Translations under genes and position numbers: made by a program | Shown: positions 28,301-44,039 of the stretch, piece after piece | Position numbering within the stretch: position 1 is the first letter of the stretch | Layout: each line of letters opens with the position of its first letter | Notes under the pieces: model-generated | Seen by the model: only the letters and a program-made list of their open reading frames with translations | What the model was told of the DNA's origin: nothing | Database searches by the model: none | Assembly: GCF_009914755.1 (NCBI RefSeq) | Contig: NC_060927.1 | From: the human T2T-CHM13v2.0 reference genome, Homo sapiens | DNA: 64,000 bases | Strand: one strand, 5' to 3'

Positions 28301-28485
28301 GACAAAACTCTGTCATCTTCAGGGTGCAATTTTGTTTATATACACTGTATGTATATATTTCTTTTAGATTTGGCTGTAGTGGACTGGCCATGGTTCAAGT
28401 GGGACTATAGCAGTACATGGGTCAGGGACAGTCATTTTGGCTATGTACACATTCATAGTCGGTCCATGGCTTCCAACTAGTAGCG
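22340..28485 (-). other. TBL1XR1: Long 3'UTR of TBL1XR1 (distal end approximate)
   Basis: Follows the stop codon; U-rich on the mRNA strand; no recognisable transposon for ~6 kb; ends at ATTAAA plus a GU-rich element. Confidence 0.8.
23758..23763 (-). terminator. AATAAA poly(A) signal, candidate major/proximal site
   Basis: Plus strand tttatt; followed on the mRNA strand by U/GU-rich TTTTGATATTATGTTGGCTGTGT. Confidence 0.6.
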
Positions 28486-28512
28486 CTATTTCCGAAGGTC
28501 TAATACACAAAC
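28486..28512 (-). CDS. TBL1XR1: TBL1XR1 last exon, coding part (VCVLDLRK-stop)
   Basis: Acceptor ttacag|GTT; TAG at 28486-28488; 1487 nt in window + 58 nt missing = 1545 nt = 514 aa + stop. Confidence 0.96.
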   Translation of the reverse strand, partial: VCVLDLRK

Positions 28513-29258
28513 CTGTAAGAAATTAAAATAATCAACCAGTGTATTCAGAATTTTATTGTACATTTTATGTTTAACTTTTCTATAGTACAATTTGAAATGT
28601 TTCTTAGTTCCAAGTTTATAAAATTGGTAAAGCATAATAATCATGGAAATGAGCACTTAACTGACAGAAATCAGACAGATCATTTAAGCAGATCAAGAGA
28701 ACAACCATGAGCTCAAACTGTGGGGGAAGAACCACGGCTAGGATTTTTATACTCTCTGTTGATTAAAAAGGAGGGGGAAAATGCTCAAAACAGACCATTT
28801 CCTATCTATTGGACCCTAATGAAAGATATCACAGATTATATTCAGCTACAGCATCAGTAAATAGCTACCCTTTTCCCACCTTCTGGTGCTTCTACAGCTT
28901 TGGAAGCCATATTTGCATTGTTGTAAAGAGTTGGCTAACCTCATCCTGAAAATCTTTCAGTATCACACATTCCTCAACACAGGAACCAACTGCCTCTAGT
29001 TCTGCCTTCCCTGGGCCAAAAAAATTCTTCTGTGAAGAGGAGAAGGTAGAAATACACATTAAACATTTCAATCCTTCTCAGAATGTTCCTCTGGTATACC
29101 TAATTTCATAAATGAAGGTTCATATTAAAAATAACTGTCCATTTCTAGATTATAAGGTATTTGGTAAGGACAGCCTAAATTTTGTTTACATTATTTGAAT
29201 CCAACGCACATGAAAAGTTTACAGCCTCAGGAAAAAAAAAAATCAGTATCATACCTTA

Positions 29259-29462
<204 letters not shown>

Positions 29463-29992
29463 CTAAAAGAATGAAAAACAAAATCTTAAAAATCGTAATA
29501 CATATTATAATAAATCCAAATGCTGAAATAAAAATATTACATAGCTTTATTTCTAGCAATCAGAGGAGGGACTTAGCTTCAACTATAAAAATAAGTTCTG
29601 AAATTCTAGAAATGTAATATGATCCCTTTACAAAAAGATAATACCAGCCTGTTCTCAAAAGATTACTCACACACATATTCAGTTTCTCCAGTCTTGATAA
29701 CCATTCTTGGCTAAGGTATCTGGTCTCTCTGACATAGCCAACAATAGCTAGAAGTAAACAGTCAGTCTATCACATGAAATAAGTTTTTGTTGTTGCTAAA
29801 TGATACATGAGTCTAGCTAACATGTAGAGAAACAAAATAAATTCAGAATTTCTTTGACAAAACATCTTAAAGAGGAAGTATAACAAACTAGTAAAGATAA
29901 TTCCAGTATAAATCTGTTATTCACTCTATATTTACTGACCAGTTCCTAAGCTAGGGGATTATAAAAGAAGCTAAAATAATGTATGTATGTTC

Positions 29993-30356
<364 letters not shown>

Positions 30357-32141
30357 TAATCATTCATTAAGCTGAATCATAAATGTAACAACGTTATTTT
30401 ATTATTCAGCTGCTACTGAAGAATTAAAACTCAATCCAAAAATATATTCTCCTATGAAACCAGTCAATATAACAGGACAAAGATCAGAGGTCCTGTTATG
30501 AAAACTGAAATATATGCTTCAGGTGTTCGGCCCTGACAAATCAGAAAAGTGACCTCTGCAGCTTTATGGTAACCTAAAGTCAAGCTAGAGGTGGCAGATC
30601 TACTTAAAAGCACATGGCAACAAACCATGCACCTTGAAAATACCTCCCATTCAGCCTATCCAAGATGACAAGCTGGAAGAATGTTTGACCGAGCTTTCCT
30701 CTTCAAATTTAGCCCAGTAATGTGGCACAAATCACAGATGCATTGGTACTGACACATTGCTACTGATTATCAGGCTGGGAAGGCTCAACTGTTTTGTTTA
30801 CTTAAAATTTCTCATAATTTATGAGATTAAGTTCAAGTATAGTAGGCTTTGAGTATCTATAGTTAATGAGGAGAGAAAAAAGTAGAACCAACAAAATCTA
30901 GTTTGCTGAGATATAAAAAATAAAATCTACAGTCAACCTACAGACATTCAATCTACAGCCAACTTGGGGGTTAAAAAAACAAAACAACTTTCTTTTAAAA
31001 AGCACTTACCAATCTCTAAGCTTGAACTGGGCTATAACGAACCAAAACATTATGGGCAACAAGGCAGAGCTAAGACATTTAAAAAGGCCAATGGCTCAGA
31101 TCATCGGCATCTACCTCAAATTTGTATGTATGCTGGCACAAGACTTCTACAATTTACTCATCAAATGCTTAGGCAACTCATCATACAAGAAAGGGGAAAA
31201 CAAAAAACCTGGATGTATATACAACAATAGGATAATGATTTTCTCCTGCACTGAAAATTCACTGTTTTACTATTTTCAAAGTTTGAAAAAGTAAGACTTT
31301 TGGTACACAATAGTGAAAACAAAATAATATGAACAGTTGGTCAAATGCCCTTCAATGTCTTGTAGTATCTTCCATTAGCACTCTACAGTTCTATGCCCAA
31401 ATTTCATTAAAATTGATTTTGTCACAATGGACTAAATGAGTTCACTGAAAATGTTCTAAATGTGAGCAACAACTAGTATATAAAAGGAATGTATTTTTTA
31501 AAAGAGGTCATTCATAGTAACATAAAAACCATAAGGCACCTCAAAACACATTAGGAAAAAAGATCCTTAGAGAAACTATAAAACTTTACCAAAGGAATAA
31601 AAGACAAATAAATGGAGGTATAACGTATTTATGGGTGATAAAACTCAATAACGATTTTCCCTAATTTCACCTATAAATTCAAGGCACTCATAAACAAAAT
31701 CCAAAATTGTGTGCTCTGTTTTGGAAATATGGATGACTAAAGTGGCAAGAACAGAAAAACAGTTTTGAAGAATAACAACAAGAGGGATTTATAAAGTTAG
31801 AATTATTAAAACTATGCTATTGATTCAGATAAGGCAAATACGTAAATGGAATAAAAGAGAAGGTAATAAACAAACTGCATATACATGAACTAGGTATATG
31901 AAACCGGCATTATGAAAACAGAAAGGGGACAATGAATGGTGCTAAGACAACTGACTACCCAAATGGAAATATCTATACCTCACACCATATATAAAAATCA
32001 GTTCCAAAGGGGCTAAAAAAATAAATGTAAAGGAATAAAACTTAGATACTTCATGAAAAAATATCAGACCTCAGTGATATCTATAAGGAAAAATGTATTA
32101 AGCTATGAAAAAAAAAAAAAGCTATCAAAAAGGAAAGATCT

Positions 32142-32265
32142 AGCCGGGCACAGTGGCATGTGCCTGTAGACCCAGCTACACAGAATGCTGAGGTCAAAGG
32201 ATCTCTTGAGCTGAGGAGTCCAGCCTGGGTAACACAGCAAGACCCTATCTCTAAAAATAATCAAC
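32142..32265 (+). mobile_element. Alu monomer
   Basis: Single arm embedded in old L1 remnants (31500-33700). Confidence 0.8.
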
Positions 32266-32322
32266 TAATTTTAAAAAGAAAGATAAATACATCTAAACAT
32301 TAACATTAAAAACTTTCATATG

Positions 32323-32640
32323 ATCTGGGCGTGATGCCTCATGCCTGTAATCCCAGGAATACTTTGGAAGGCTGAGGCAAGTGGATCCCTTGAGCCTAGG
32401 GGGTTGAGGCCAGACTGGGCAACATGGCAAAACCCGGTCTCTACAGAAAAATACAAAAATTAGTGGGGTGTGGTGGCATGCAGCTGTGATCCCAGCTACT
32501 TGGAAGGCTGAGGTGGGAGGATTAGCTAAGCCCAGGAAGGCCAAGGCTGCAGTAAGCCTTGATCTGCCACTGCATTCCAGCCTAGGCGACATAGTGAGAC
32601 TCTATCTCAAGACAAAACAAAACAACAACCAAAAAACCCC
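32323..32640 (+). mobile_element. AluJ, intron 14
   Basis: Dimeric Alu. Confidence 0.88.
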
Positions 32641-33081
32641 ACAAAACTTCTACGTGATAAACACTCCACATGAAGAAAATAAAAAAGAAGGTACTGGGAG
32701 ATCACTGGAATCCATATAACCAGGAAGGATTAGTACCCAGAATGCATAATGAACACTAATCAGTACAGAATATAAAACAATTGAAAAATTGTGGTGGTGG
32801 TGGTGAACTAAAATGCTAAAGTCCAACTGTATAATAACTATTTGAAAAGATATTTAAACTAATTGACAATCAAGAAAATGCAAATACAAAATGTTTCATA
32901 TCCATGTAATTGGAAAAATGTTCACCAGTCTGATAACCTAAAGATAAAGGAAAATGGGAAATCCTAAATATTGTGATTAGAAATGTAAATGGGTGTATGC
33001 ACGTTGAAGAGCAGTTAGGCACAAGCACGTAAATATACCGTATGGGCCATGACTTCCACTTACAGGATATGCTATGCACAG

Positions 33082-33150
33082 GTGTGTGTGTGTATGTGTG
33101 TGTGTGTGTATATATATATAGAGAGAGAGAGAGAGAGACAGACACACACA
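33082..33150. repeat. Compound (TG)n(TA)n(GA)n microsatellite
   Basis: Seen directly. Confidence 0.95.
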
Positions 33151-33774
33151 GAGAAGCGTTAGAGAAACTTTCATTCATGTGCACAAGAAAACGTGGATGG
33201 ATGTTCCAGCAATGTTGTACATTTTTAAATCCCCCAATAGGAAAATAAATTTGAAAATTAATATATTCATATTATGAATATATTATTAATGAATATATTA
33301 ATATATTCATATAATGCTCTGGAATAGTCTAAATAAATAATCATTCTAGAGGTACAAGTATTAATGTGATATTTCAAAGAAGTGGTAAAAAACACTAGCT
33401 TGAAAAGACATACAATAGAAGATTCACAACAGCATGATTAATTACAATTTTACCACAGAAAATAGTAGTATATATCATTTATCATGGGAATGACAGGCAC
33501 TCTCTTCAGGATTGCTATAGCCTCTAGGAAGGAAGAGGAAAATGGAGGTGAACACTTTATCTGTATCTATAACATTTTATCAGGTAAAAATAGGAAGGAA
33601 GAGATTCACAACAGTGTGGCAACATGTTCTTATCAATTAAATCTGAGCAGTAGATATATGAGTGTTATATTATTTTCTGTTTGAAATGTATAATTATTAA
33701 AAGTGAAAATGAACAAATACTAACTTGAATATACATGGAAATGATATTATTTAGATTTAGATTCACTTTCATCA

Positions 33775-34128
<354 letters not shown>

Positions 34129-34323
34129 AGTTTAGCTGGGTGTATGATTAGTGTCTTCCCACAAACACAAAGTTAAACTAAAATTTAGGAAAGAGTTTTT
34201 AAGGCATATATATCATAGTTACAGAATATATCCAACATAGGCATATATTCATAAAGACAGCAAATATGGGAGTAGAGGTAAGGAAGTAATAATAAAAATT
34301 AAAGCAGAACATTTTTACTTAAT

Positions 34324-34775
<452 letters not shown>

Positions 34776-35832
34776 AAAAAATTTTATTAAAATGTAATGT
34801 AAGATTCAGGCTTAATAATCATTTGTTCAACTAGCAAAAATCTGCAACCACATTACAAAGGGTTTAGTTTTTTAGTCTATAAAGAGCTGCTAGAAATCAA
34901 AGACAATGAATAACCCAGTTGAAAATAATGGAAAAAACATGATCAAACAGTTCACAGAAAAATTAACAAGTGTGCTTAAATATATAAAAAAAGATTCCTA
35001 ATGTCATTCATAAGAAAATGCAAATTTAAAACTATGCTGAAATACCATTTATCACTAATGGATTGAACTGTGCGGTAAAATATTACTTTATATTGTCAGC
35101 AGTAGTGTAAAATGGAAGAAGCACAATGCTTTTATTCATAAAGAAGCTAGGAAGAAATAAAAACTAATAAAAATTGTTACCAGCAGGAGAGGAACAAAGT
35201 TTCTCAGTGTATACCTTTATACAAGGTTTGAGGTTTTTTCTGAACTGTATGCATGTATGAAGTAATTTAAAAATCTTCAAAGTAAGTGATGAAAATTAAT
35301 TTGTGAAATGAACCATGGTGGCGGACACCTACACAAAGAGAAATACACCATAACAACTTATTATGTGTGCACTACAACCAACAAAGATCCGATAACTGAG
35401 AGGGGTGAGTTCAGTGACTGCTATTAAAAAAGTATAGTACATAGAGCAAAAAACTAAAACATTGAGAAGATTTAAAAAATTGAAAGCAACAGACTGTTTT
35501 CTCCACTTCTAAGAATCTCTGAAACACCATACATACTACCTGAAAAGGTAATGTAGTTGTAAGTTTCTTTCTCATAAATTATTGCATTCAGCCATAAAAT
35601 CTGGTCCTTTGACTTTTACTGCTCACATATAGCTCCTTCGGAGACAACTATTTTGAAAAATAAAATCTGTCATTTATCTAAATAAATACATCTTAAACAT
35701 TCACATCTGATATCTGTAAAACCGTTGGAAAAAAACAAAAGAATACAATAATAAATAATAAAACAAATGATCAAAATCCATTTCAAAATTCCAGTCTCCA
35801 TAAAGATATAACTTCCATTAGTTTCTATCTTA

Positions 35833-36213
<381 letters not shown>

Positions 36214-36659
36214 CTAATAGCCAAAATTCTTTATGAGAAGCAGACCGACTGGACTGTTAGGAAGAATATTCTGTGATCTTCAAGTCAGTGACAAGAAAAT
36301 AATAAATAAATGAAATTTAGAAAGAAGAGCAAGTGTTCTAGAAATTAAAAGCTAAACAAGCGAAAAAAACAACTTAAAGGAATCTCCCAAGTCCAGGAGT
36401 AGAAAACGTAAATGTGCTCATTTACTGTATTCCTCTCTGTCTAAATAATCCCTCTTTCGCATGGTTTTGAACACCAAAGTGACCACATTTTTCCATTTAT
36501 CTTTTTTTTTTCTAAAGATACTGAAGATTTTGCTATGCCTCAATTGCTTGGATTTTAATCAGTATTTGGTATCAGTCAATATTTGATTATTTCAATATAG
36601 AATATCATTATAACTTGAAACAATAATAAAACTCAGTGTTTAAAGATTCCCCTTAAGGA

Positions 36660-37086
36660 ACCGACGTAAGTGCCCATCAGCTAACAAGTGGATAAAGAAA
36701 ATGTGGTATACATACACCATGGAATACTACTTAGCCATAAAAAGAAATAAAATATTGTCCTTTGCAGTGACTTGGATAGAGCTGGAGGCCATCATGCTAA
36801 GTGAAATAACTCGGGAATGGAAAACCAAATATCATGTTCTGACTTGTAAGTGGGAGCTAAGCTATGAGGACACAAAGGTATAAGAATGATATAATGAACT
36901 TTGTGGACTGGAGGTGGGAGTGGGGAGAAGGCTGAGAAGAGAGGTGAGGAATAAAAGACTACACACTGGGTACACTACACTGCTTGCAAAACCAGTGCAC
37001 AGAAATCAGCACTAAAGAATTTATTCTTGTAGCCAAAAACCACCTATACACCAAAAACTACTGAAATTGGAAAAAAAAAAAAAAAA
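36660..37086 (+). mobile_element. 5'-truncated L1 (PB/MA) 3' end with poly-A, intron 13
   Basis: ORF2 C-terminal peptide MWYTYTMEYYLAIKRN in the ORF track; A tail. Confidence 0.9.
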
Positions 37087-37184
37087 GTTTCCACTTCATG
37101 AAATCTTCCCTAAACTTCTGTCATATCTATTGGAAGTCTGATTTGTAGAAGACTCATAAAAGGAAAAATGAAACAGAAGTATCA

Positions 37185-37313
<129 letters not shown>

Positions 37314-38401
37314 CTAAACAAAAAAGAAAAATGTATACAATTATTTTTCCATACAATGAGTATATTTAAAATATTATTTTGACACTTAAAATATTATATG
37401 GACAGTCTAAAACATGAGTGATATAACCAGAATGATGATAGAATATTTACAAAGAAACTGAAATGCAATAGGATATATTTAATATTTACATCTCTGTTTA
37501 AAAAAAAAAGTTAGCTTTAAGCCCTTTAAAAATATTCACTATTACAAAGTTTGAAGACTGAATTAACTATAGTTGTTCTGAGATTAGTTAACGATCCTAA
37601 AATGTTGAAGGCACAGTTTTTACACTGTCCCTTAAGCAAAAGATCTACATAATAAACTGCTCTTAGAATTTTAGAATCAGGAAAATTTTACAATGGAGAA
37701 CTGAAAATAAATAACCAACTTATAAATAATGAGGACTCACAGAGAACCGTAAAAAGTAGCATAGGAAATAAAGCTCAAATGAAAAGTAGGAAAAAAAAAA
37801 AGTAGAAAAAAGTAGTCAAAGTAGAGAATAAGCCTTTCCTGAGATGAAAATATGCCTGTGTGTATAGATTTCAAGTGACTATTATTTTTGAGCAAAAATT
37901 CATAGAAATCAACACGAAGAGTATTTCTGGGAAAAAAAAAATCACTCAATAAAGACATGGTAGGTCCTGCAGTTATCTCCTTAACACATACACATACAAC
38001 ATGCCAAACCCAAGGAGGGCCAACCAAGAAAAAAATCAGCTCAACTTTACATTTCCGTGACATAACCATTAAAAGATAATGAAGCATCAGAGTGTTTTTG
38101 GTGCCCTATGTATTTACAACCCCAAGTAAAATAAATCTGAACGACATGTTTTCAGAACTGATTTCATTAGACCTTTCTAATTCATAGAATTTGATACTGT
38201 TGGCCACTCTCAACTCTTACCTCCCTTGAAATAAGTTTCCTCTACATACTTTCTTTTTCCACTTTCTCAGTCACCTTCTCAGTTTCCTTTGGAAAGCTCA
38301 TCCCTCTTGATTTGGTGATTGTTAGAGTTTCTAAGACTCACTTTTTTAGGTCCCCTCTTTTCTTACTCTGTACTACCTACACAGTTTTGTCCCTGCCCCA
38401 A

Positions 38402-39226
38402 TTTTTTTTTTTTTTTTTTGGAGATGAAGTCTCACTCTCTTGCCCAGGCTGGAGTGCAGCACCACAATCTTGGCTCACTGCAACTCCGTCCCCCGGGTTC
38501 ACGCAATTCTCCTGCCTCAGCCTCCAGAGTAGCTGGGATTATAGGCACCTGCCGCCACGCTCGGCTAAATTTGGTATATTTAGCAGAGATGGGGTTTCAC
38601 CATGTTGACCAGCCTGGTCTTGAACTCCTGACCTCAAGTGAACTGCCCACGTCGGCCTCCCAAAGTGCTTTAATTATAGGCATGAGCTGTGGCAACATGG
38701 GGGCACTAGCTGTGGGTGTCTGCCTGCAGACCCTGACCCAGCAATGGATGAATAAAGTACACTAACACACAGATATCCTGTTTCGCCAGTCCAGCTGAGG
38801 GTGTCCGAGCCATTTACAGACTCCCTGGAGAGTTCTGTAAACAGTTGCGACCATGGCCCTATCCGCTAGTGAGACTCAAATTTATTCAGTAAGATTAATT
38901 CACAAAGGCTTGAGTCAACACCATTAGAGGGTAACTGACATTGTGGACTTCCCAAGTAAAAAGCACTTAAGCACCCATGGCACATCAAAGGTTAGTCTTA
39001 ATATTATATGAGTAAACAAGCTAGCTAGGTAAACTACCCTGCCTTCCTTTATTACTAGTTTAATTTGTTTAACTAAAGGTAAAGGAACCAGGCCGCGTTC
39101 AGCCAGATCTATTACTGAAGTTACTTCTCAGTTTTCCAAGAAGATATGTGTCTATTTCTATAACTATCTCTAATATTTTTCCCACCAGCCTGATTGAACC
39201 CCAACAGTGAACCACCAGGCCTGGCC
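38402..39226 (-). mobile_element. AluS split by an LTR insertion (Alu parts 38402-38687 and 39207-39226)
   Basis: Alu ...ataggcatgagc | insert | gtgaaccaccaggcctggcc. Confidence 0.88.
38711..39206 (-). mobile_element. LTR22-type (HERV-K HML-5) LTR, 496 bp
   Basis: Minus strand TGTTGGGGTTCAATCAGGCTGGTGGGAAAAATATT...CCCACA; AATAAA at 38881-38886; 6-bp TSD typical of betaretroviruses. Confidence 0.78.
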
Positions 39227-40320
39227 ATGCCCAAGGATTTTAAAGACCACCTATCTGCTGAGAATTCCCAGTTTTTAATCTTGAGCTTACAGTTCTCTAA
39301 GCATCAGTCCCACCTATCTCCTCCATTCGCATGACTCAGCGTCACCTTCTCATTCCATCTGGCATTCCCTCTTCTCAGAAAACGGCCCATTACACATTAT
39401 CCATCCATCCTAGTTTTTGCTTTAAAATCCTTTGTGACATTTAAACATTCTTAGGATGAAGAAAAGCTCTCTAACAATTTCTAGTTTTAACCTCTCTCCA
39501 GCTTCAACTCAATATGTGGCACAAGGCCCTCTGGACACTGCCCTTCTGTCATTTCCTCATATGTGTCACACACAGTTCCAGAAGAAGTTTTTTTCATGTT
39601 ATAAGCATTAATACGTGTGCACATAAGGAAAAGCCAAAGATGAAAGCATTAAGAAGAGTATTAATACTAGCAATTTTGTAAGGGAGCCCAGACTTAAGAA
39701 GAACTGTCTAAAAACATAGCAGATACTTAAAGGAGAAAACCTCACAAGTTTCGCAAAGTTAAATTTAATCTGTTCATAGTAGCAGGAAAATCAGTTTTCC
39801 CTCATGATTTTCATATCTGTAACGGTCATCACATCTGCAGTCCTTGGTACTGCAAAGTCAAGGATAAAACTGTTTTCAGTAGAGGGTTAGCTGTTGCAGG
39901 AGAGGGCTCAAAGCTTCATTTATTTTGGAAATAAGTATTACGTTGTTCTTTATCTCCAAATGCTTTTTTCCCCAAATGAGGAATCTGGTGTGCTTAGGTG
40001 CGAGACAGCAGTTTTGCTTTTAGTCATACAACAAGAAAAACAGAGATCCATGTTGAGATGTGGATGTTGGTATGTCAACTAGGCTCGCTCACTGAGAGAT
40101 TCTCTGCTATGTATCAGTTTCCCAGCAATGGTGATACATAGTCATACCACAGCAAAATCAAATTAATACAACGCAAAGAATTCCAATCAAATCCATGAAT
40201 GCTACAAAGATTTTGAGTACTTATTAAGTCAAATCTTTACATATGCAAATAAACTTTAATTGCCTCAACATATGACTTTCTAATGGTGAAGACAATTTAT
40301 AGCATGACCTTTCTTACTAT

Positions 40321-40820
40321 TGGTGATGTCTAATTTTATCTGTCTTCTTGACTGAGTCACAGGGTACAGATATTTGGTGAGACATTATTTCCGGCTGTGT
40401 CTGAGGGTGTTCCCAGTTGAGACAGGCATTTAACTTAGCTGACTGAGAAAAGCAGACTGCCACCCTCCCCAATGGGCGGCGGGGGGGGCATCACTCAGTC
40501 CAGTGAGGCTCTAAACAGAACAAAACCGCCAAGGAAGCAAGAATTCTCTGCCTCAGCCTGACTGCTGAGTTGGTATATTGGTCTTCTGCTCTTGGACTGG
40601 GACTTACACCATTGGCACTCCTTCTCTGGCCCTGGAATGGAACCACACCTCCATCTTTCATGGGTCTCCAGCTTGTAGACAGCAGACTGTGGGACTTCTC
40701 AGCCTCTATAATCACGTGAGTCAATTTCTCACAGTAAATCTCTCATCCATCCATCCATCCATCCATCCATCCATCCATCTTCTTATTGGTTCTGTTTCTC
40801 TGGAGAGCCCTAACTAATAG
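40321..40820 (+). mobile_element. MLT2 (ERVL) LTR containing (TCCA)n, intron 12
   Basis: taattttatctgtcttcttgactg...ttctgtttctctggagagccctaactaata. Confidence 0.8.
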
Positions 40821-40957
40821 GGTATCATATGTCTCATTGTATCACAAGCCATCATTTTAATATAATTTGCTACATTCAAATAGTTTTATGTATTTCAGAA
40901 AAGAAACTATAAAATTTAAAAAACAATGGTTAGCCATTTAAAATGTTGGAGTTTTCA

Positions 40958-41143
<186 letters not shown>

Positions 41144-41283
41144 CTAAAAATAATAGTAAATATTCACATTTTCATTGTATAGACTGGGTAGCTACTTGAA
41201 TATTAAACATACATACTTTAAAACTATTCTGAAACATTACTTGTTAATCATGACCACTTTAATGTGGAAAAAAGGTTTCTTAC

Positions 41284-41405
41284 CGTATGTCCTTGGAATG
41301 TTTTAATAGGTCTGTCTTGTCCTAATTTACAGACATGAATGCACATATCTGTACTACAAGAAGCAAAGGTGTTGTTGCTCTGCCAATCAACATCCAATGC
41401 TGGTG
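41284..41405 (-). CDS. TBL1XR1: TBL1XR1 coding exon 11 (122 nt; [20 protein letters not shown]...FQGHT)
   Basis: ORF track peptide; acceptor ttgcag|CAC, donor ACG|gtaaga. Confidence 0.97.
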
Positions 41406-41901
41406 CTGCAAAGGAACAAAGGTTAGATTTGCTTTTATTCCACATGTACTAAAATCCAAGAGTTTTAGCTTTGAACCATTGTTGACTAATAAAATATACT
41501 AACAGGCACTTAAACATTTTACTTTATACTTTTTAAGATATTAAGAAAAAATTAAAATAAAAGTATCTATATACAACAATATTAACAAATTTCAATTTAG
41601 TTATTTCTAGGTGAGACAGACCCTAAGAGAAAGTACACTGGCCTAGTAACTGGGAGATGAAGGTTCCTGAGAGCTGGCTCTGTGGGTCTTGGGTTCTCTT
41701 TTATAAAATGATAAAATTAAATGTGATGATATCATGCTTTTCATTTCTAAAATCTGTGAGTGTTCAATGGACAAGAAGCCTCGGTTCTGTCACTGCATAA
41801 TTAGTGGACACAAGCAAGTCACTTAACCTCTATGATATATCCTCTTTAGATAAGGGTAACATGCAAGTGTTACCCTCACACACAAGAGTGAGGATAACAC
41901 A

Positions 41902-42245
41902 CAAGTTGAGCACCCCAATCTGAAAATCCAAAATCCACAATGCTCCAAAATCTGCAACTTTTTGAATGCTAATATGATGCCACAAGTGGAAAATTCCACA
42001 CATTAAATGCTTAATACAAACTTTACTTCATGCACAAAACTAGTAAAAATACTGTATAATGATGCCATCTGGCTATATTATAAGGTATATGTAAAACATA
42101 AATTAATTTCATGTTCAGACTTGGGTCCCATCCCCATGATATTGCCTTATGTATATGCAAATATTCCGAAATCAGAAAAAAAATAAAAATAAAAAATGCA
42201 ACACAATCCTGGTCCCAAACACTTAGATAAGGGATACTAAACTTG
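41902..42245. mobile_element. Tigger4/MER46-type DNA transposon
   Basis: Inverted termini caagttgagcacccc / gggatactaaacttg followed by TA. Confidence 0.78.
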
Positions 42246-42688
42246 TACTATCTTTATCCTTAGTACACATGGTGAAGACCAGGTGAGATCATGTGTGTGG
42301 AAGTACTCTGTCAATTACAAGAGTTAGACAAATGTTATGCTGAATAAGTATCATTCCCATTATCATCTACTCAACTAACAAATGGAATACGGCATATGAT
42401 TTGCAAATAATTTTCTTCTAAGCAACTTTTGCCAAATACCTCTTAAAATCTGTTCTTGTCAAACACCTCTTAAAATCAAATGCCCCTTAAAATCAATGAA
42501 TTTAAAAATCTCTGAAGCCCCAAAGCAGGCTGGCATTTAATACTTTGAGTTTAGCTCTGAAATTATTGAACATCCTTGTCTCCTGCTGCAAGGTGCAAAA
42601 GATCTCCGTAATTAGCAACACAGATTATGGTAATAATAGTGAGTAACTGGGTTAGGCAACAGAAGCATATCAAAGACTGCATTTAAAG

Positions 42689-42970
42689 CAGGGGTTGACA
42701 AACTATGGCACATAAGCCAAGAATGGCTTTTATAGTGCAATGGGGGAGGAGGGGATCAAAGGAAGACATACAAATGTGGAAAAATGAGATTTAAAGTTCA
42801 GTGTCCATAAATAAGAGTTTTATTGAAACCCAGACAAATGCATGAAGTTGCATATTACCTATGGCTGCTTTTTCACTACAAGGGCAGAGCTGATTAGTGG
42901 CAACTGAGATCTTATGGCCTACAATGTCTAAAATACTTTCAAGTCCTTTAGTGAAAGTTTGTCAACCCTA
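42689..42970. mobile_element. MER58-type hAT transposon
   Basis: TIRs caggggttgacaaact / agtttgtcaacccta. Confidence 0.8.
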
Positions 42971-42975
42971 ATTTA

Positions 42976-43308
<333 letters not shown>

Positions 43309-44039
43309 TTAGCTATGTATACTAATTAGTAGAAATACAAAGCATTTAATAAAGGAGATTAGAGACGTCTGTGGAAAGGGAAAACAAAGCCACAAACTCC
43401 CTCATTGTGTATATCCAAGCATAATAGTAACTGGCTATGTTAAAAATGAAACATAAACAGGTGCTTAAGCAGTTAAACTTATCAGCCAAGAGATATGTCA
43501 TGCGTAAGAACTTGTAACTATGGATAGGAGAAGTAAAAAGAATGGGAAAAGAAGATTTAAAGCATTTAGGACTCAGAAAGGAAATTTTAATCAGAACTAT
43601 ACTGAGATTTTTTTTTTTTAAAAGATAAAGTACAACAGGAAAGAGTGAAATTGATTTCACTGCCTGGCTAAAGACAAATCAGGTAAGCCCCAAATCTAAA
43701 AGTACTAAGTACTAAAGAACAAAGAAGCGAATTGTAGTAATATGACCAGACATTAAAATAATTAGTTTTGGGTATATTTCTACAATGAAAAACTAGGTAT
43801 CAGGACACCACTTGGATAGAGTAAGCTCATAAAGGAAACAGACTGGAAAGAAAAGATTTAATGGGAACTTACTATGGAGGTTACATGAAATTTCAAATAA
43901 CTATATTTTTAAAATATTTAATCCTCCCTCAATCAACCTTTTAACAAAGTGCCATATAAAATTATTAACATAAATTCACCTTTTATACAAAATTTCAAAT
44001 TATGAGAATTCCCAACAAAGTAAACATAGTCAAAAATCA

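Noticed and set aside
30583-30600. CTCF-like motif ctagaggtggcag
   Set aside because: Only the 3' half matches the core; cannot be supported without a PWM score or ChIP data
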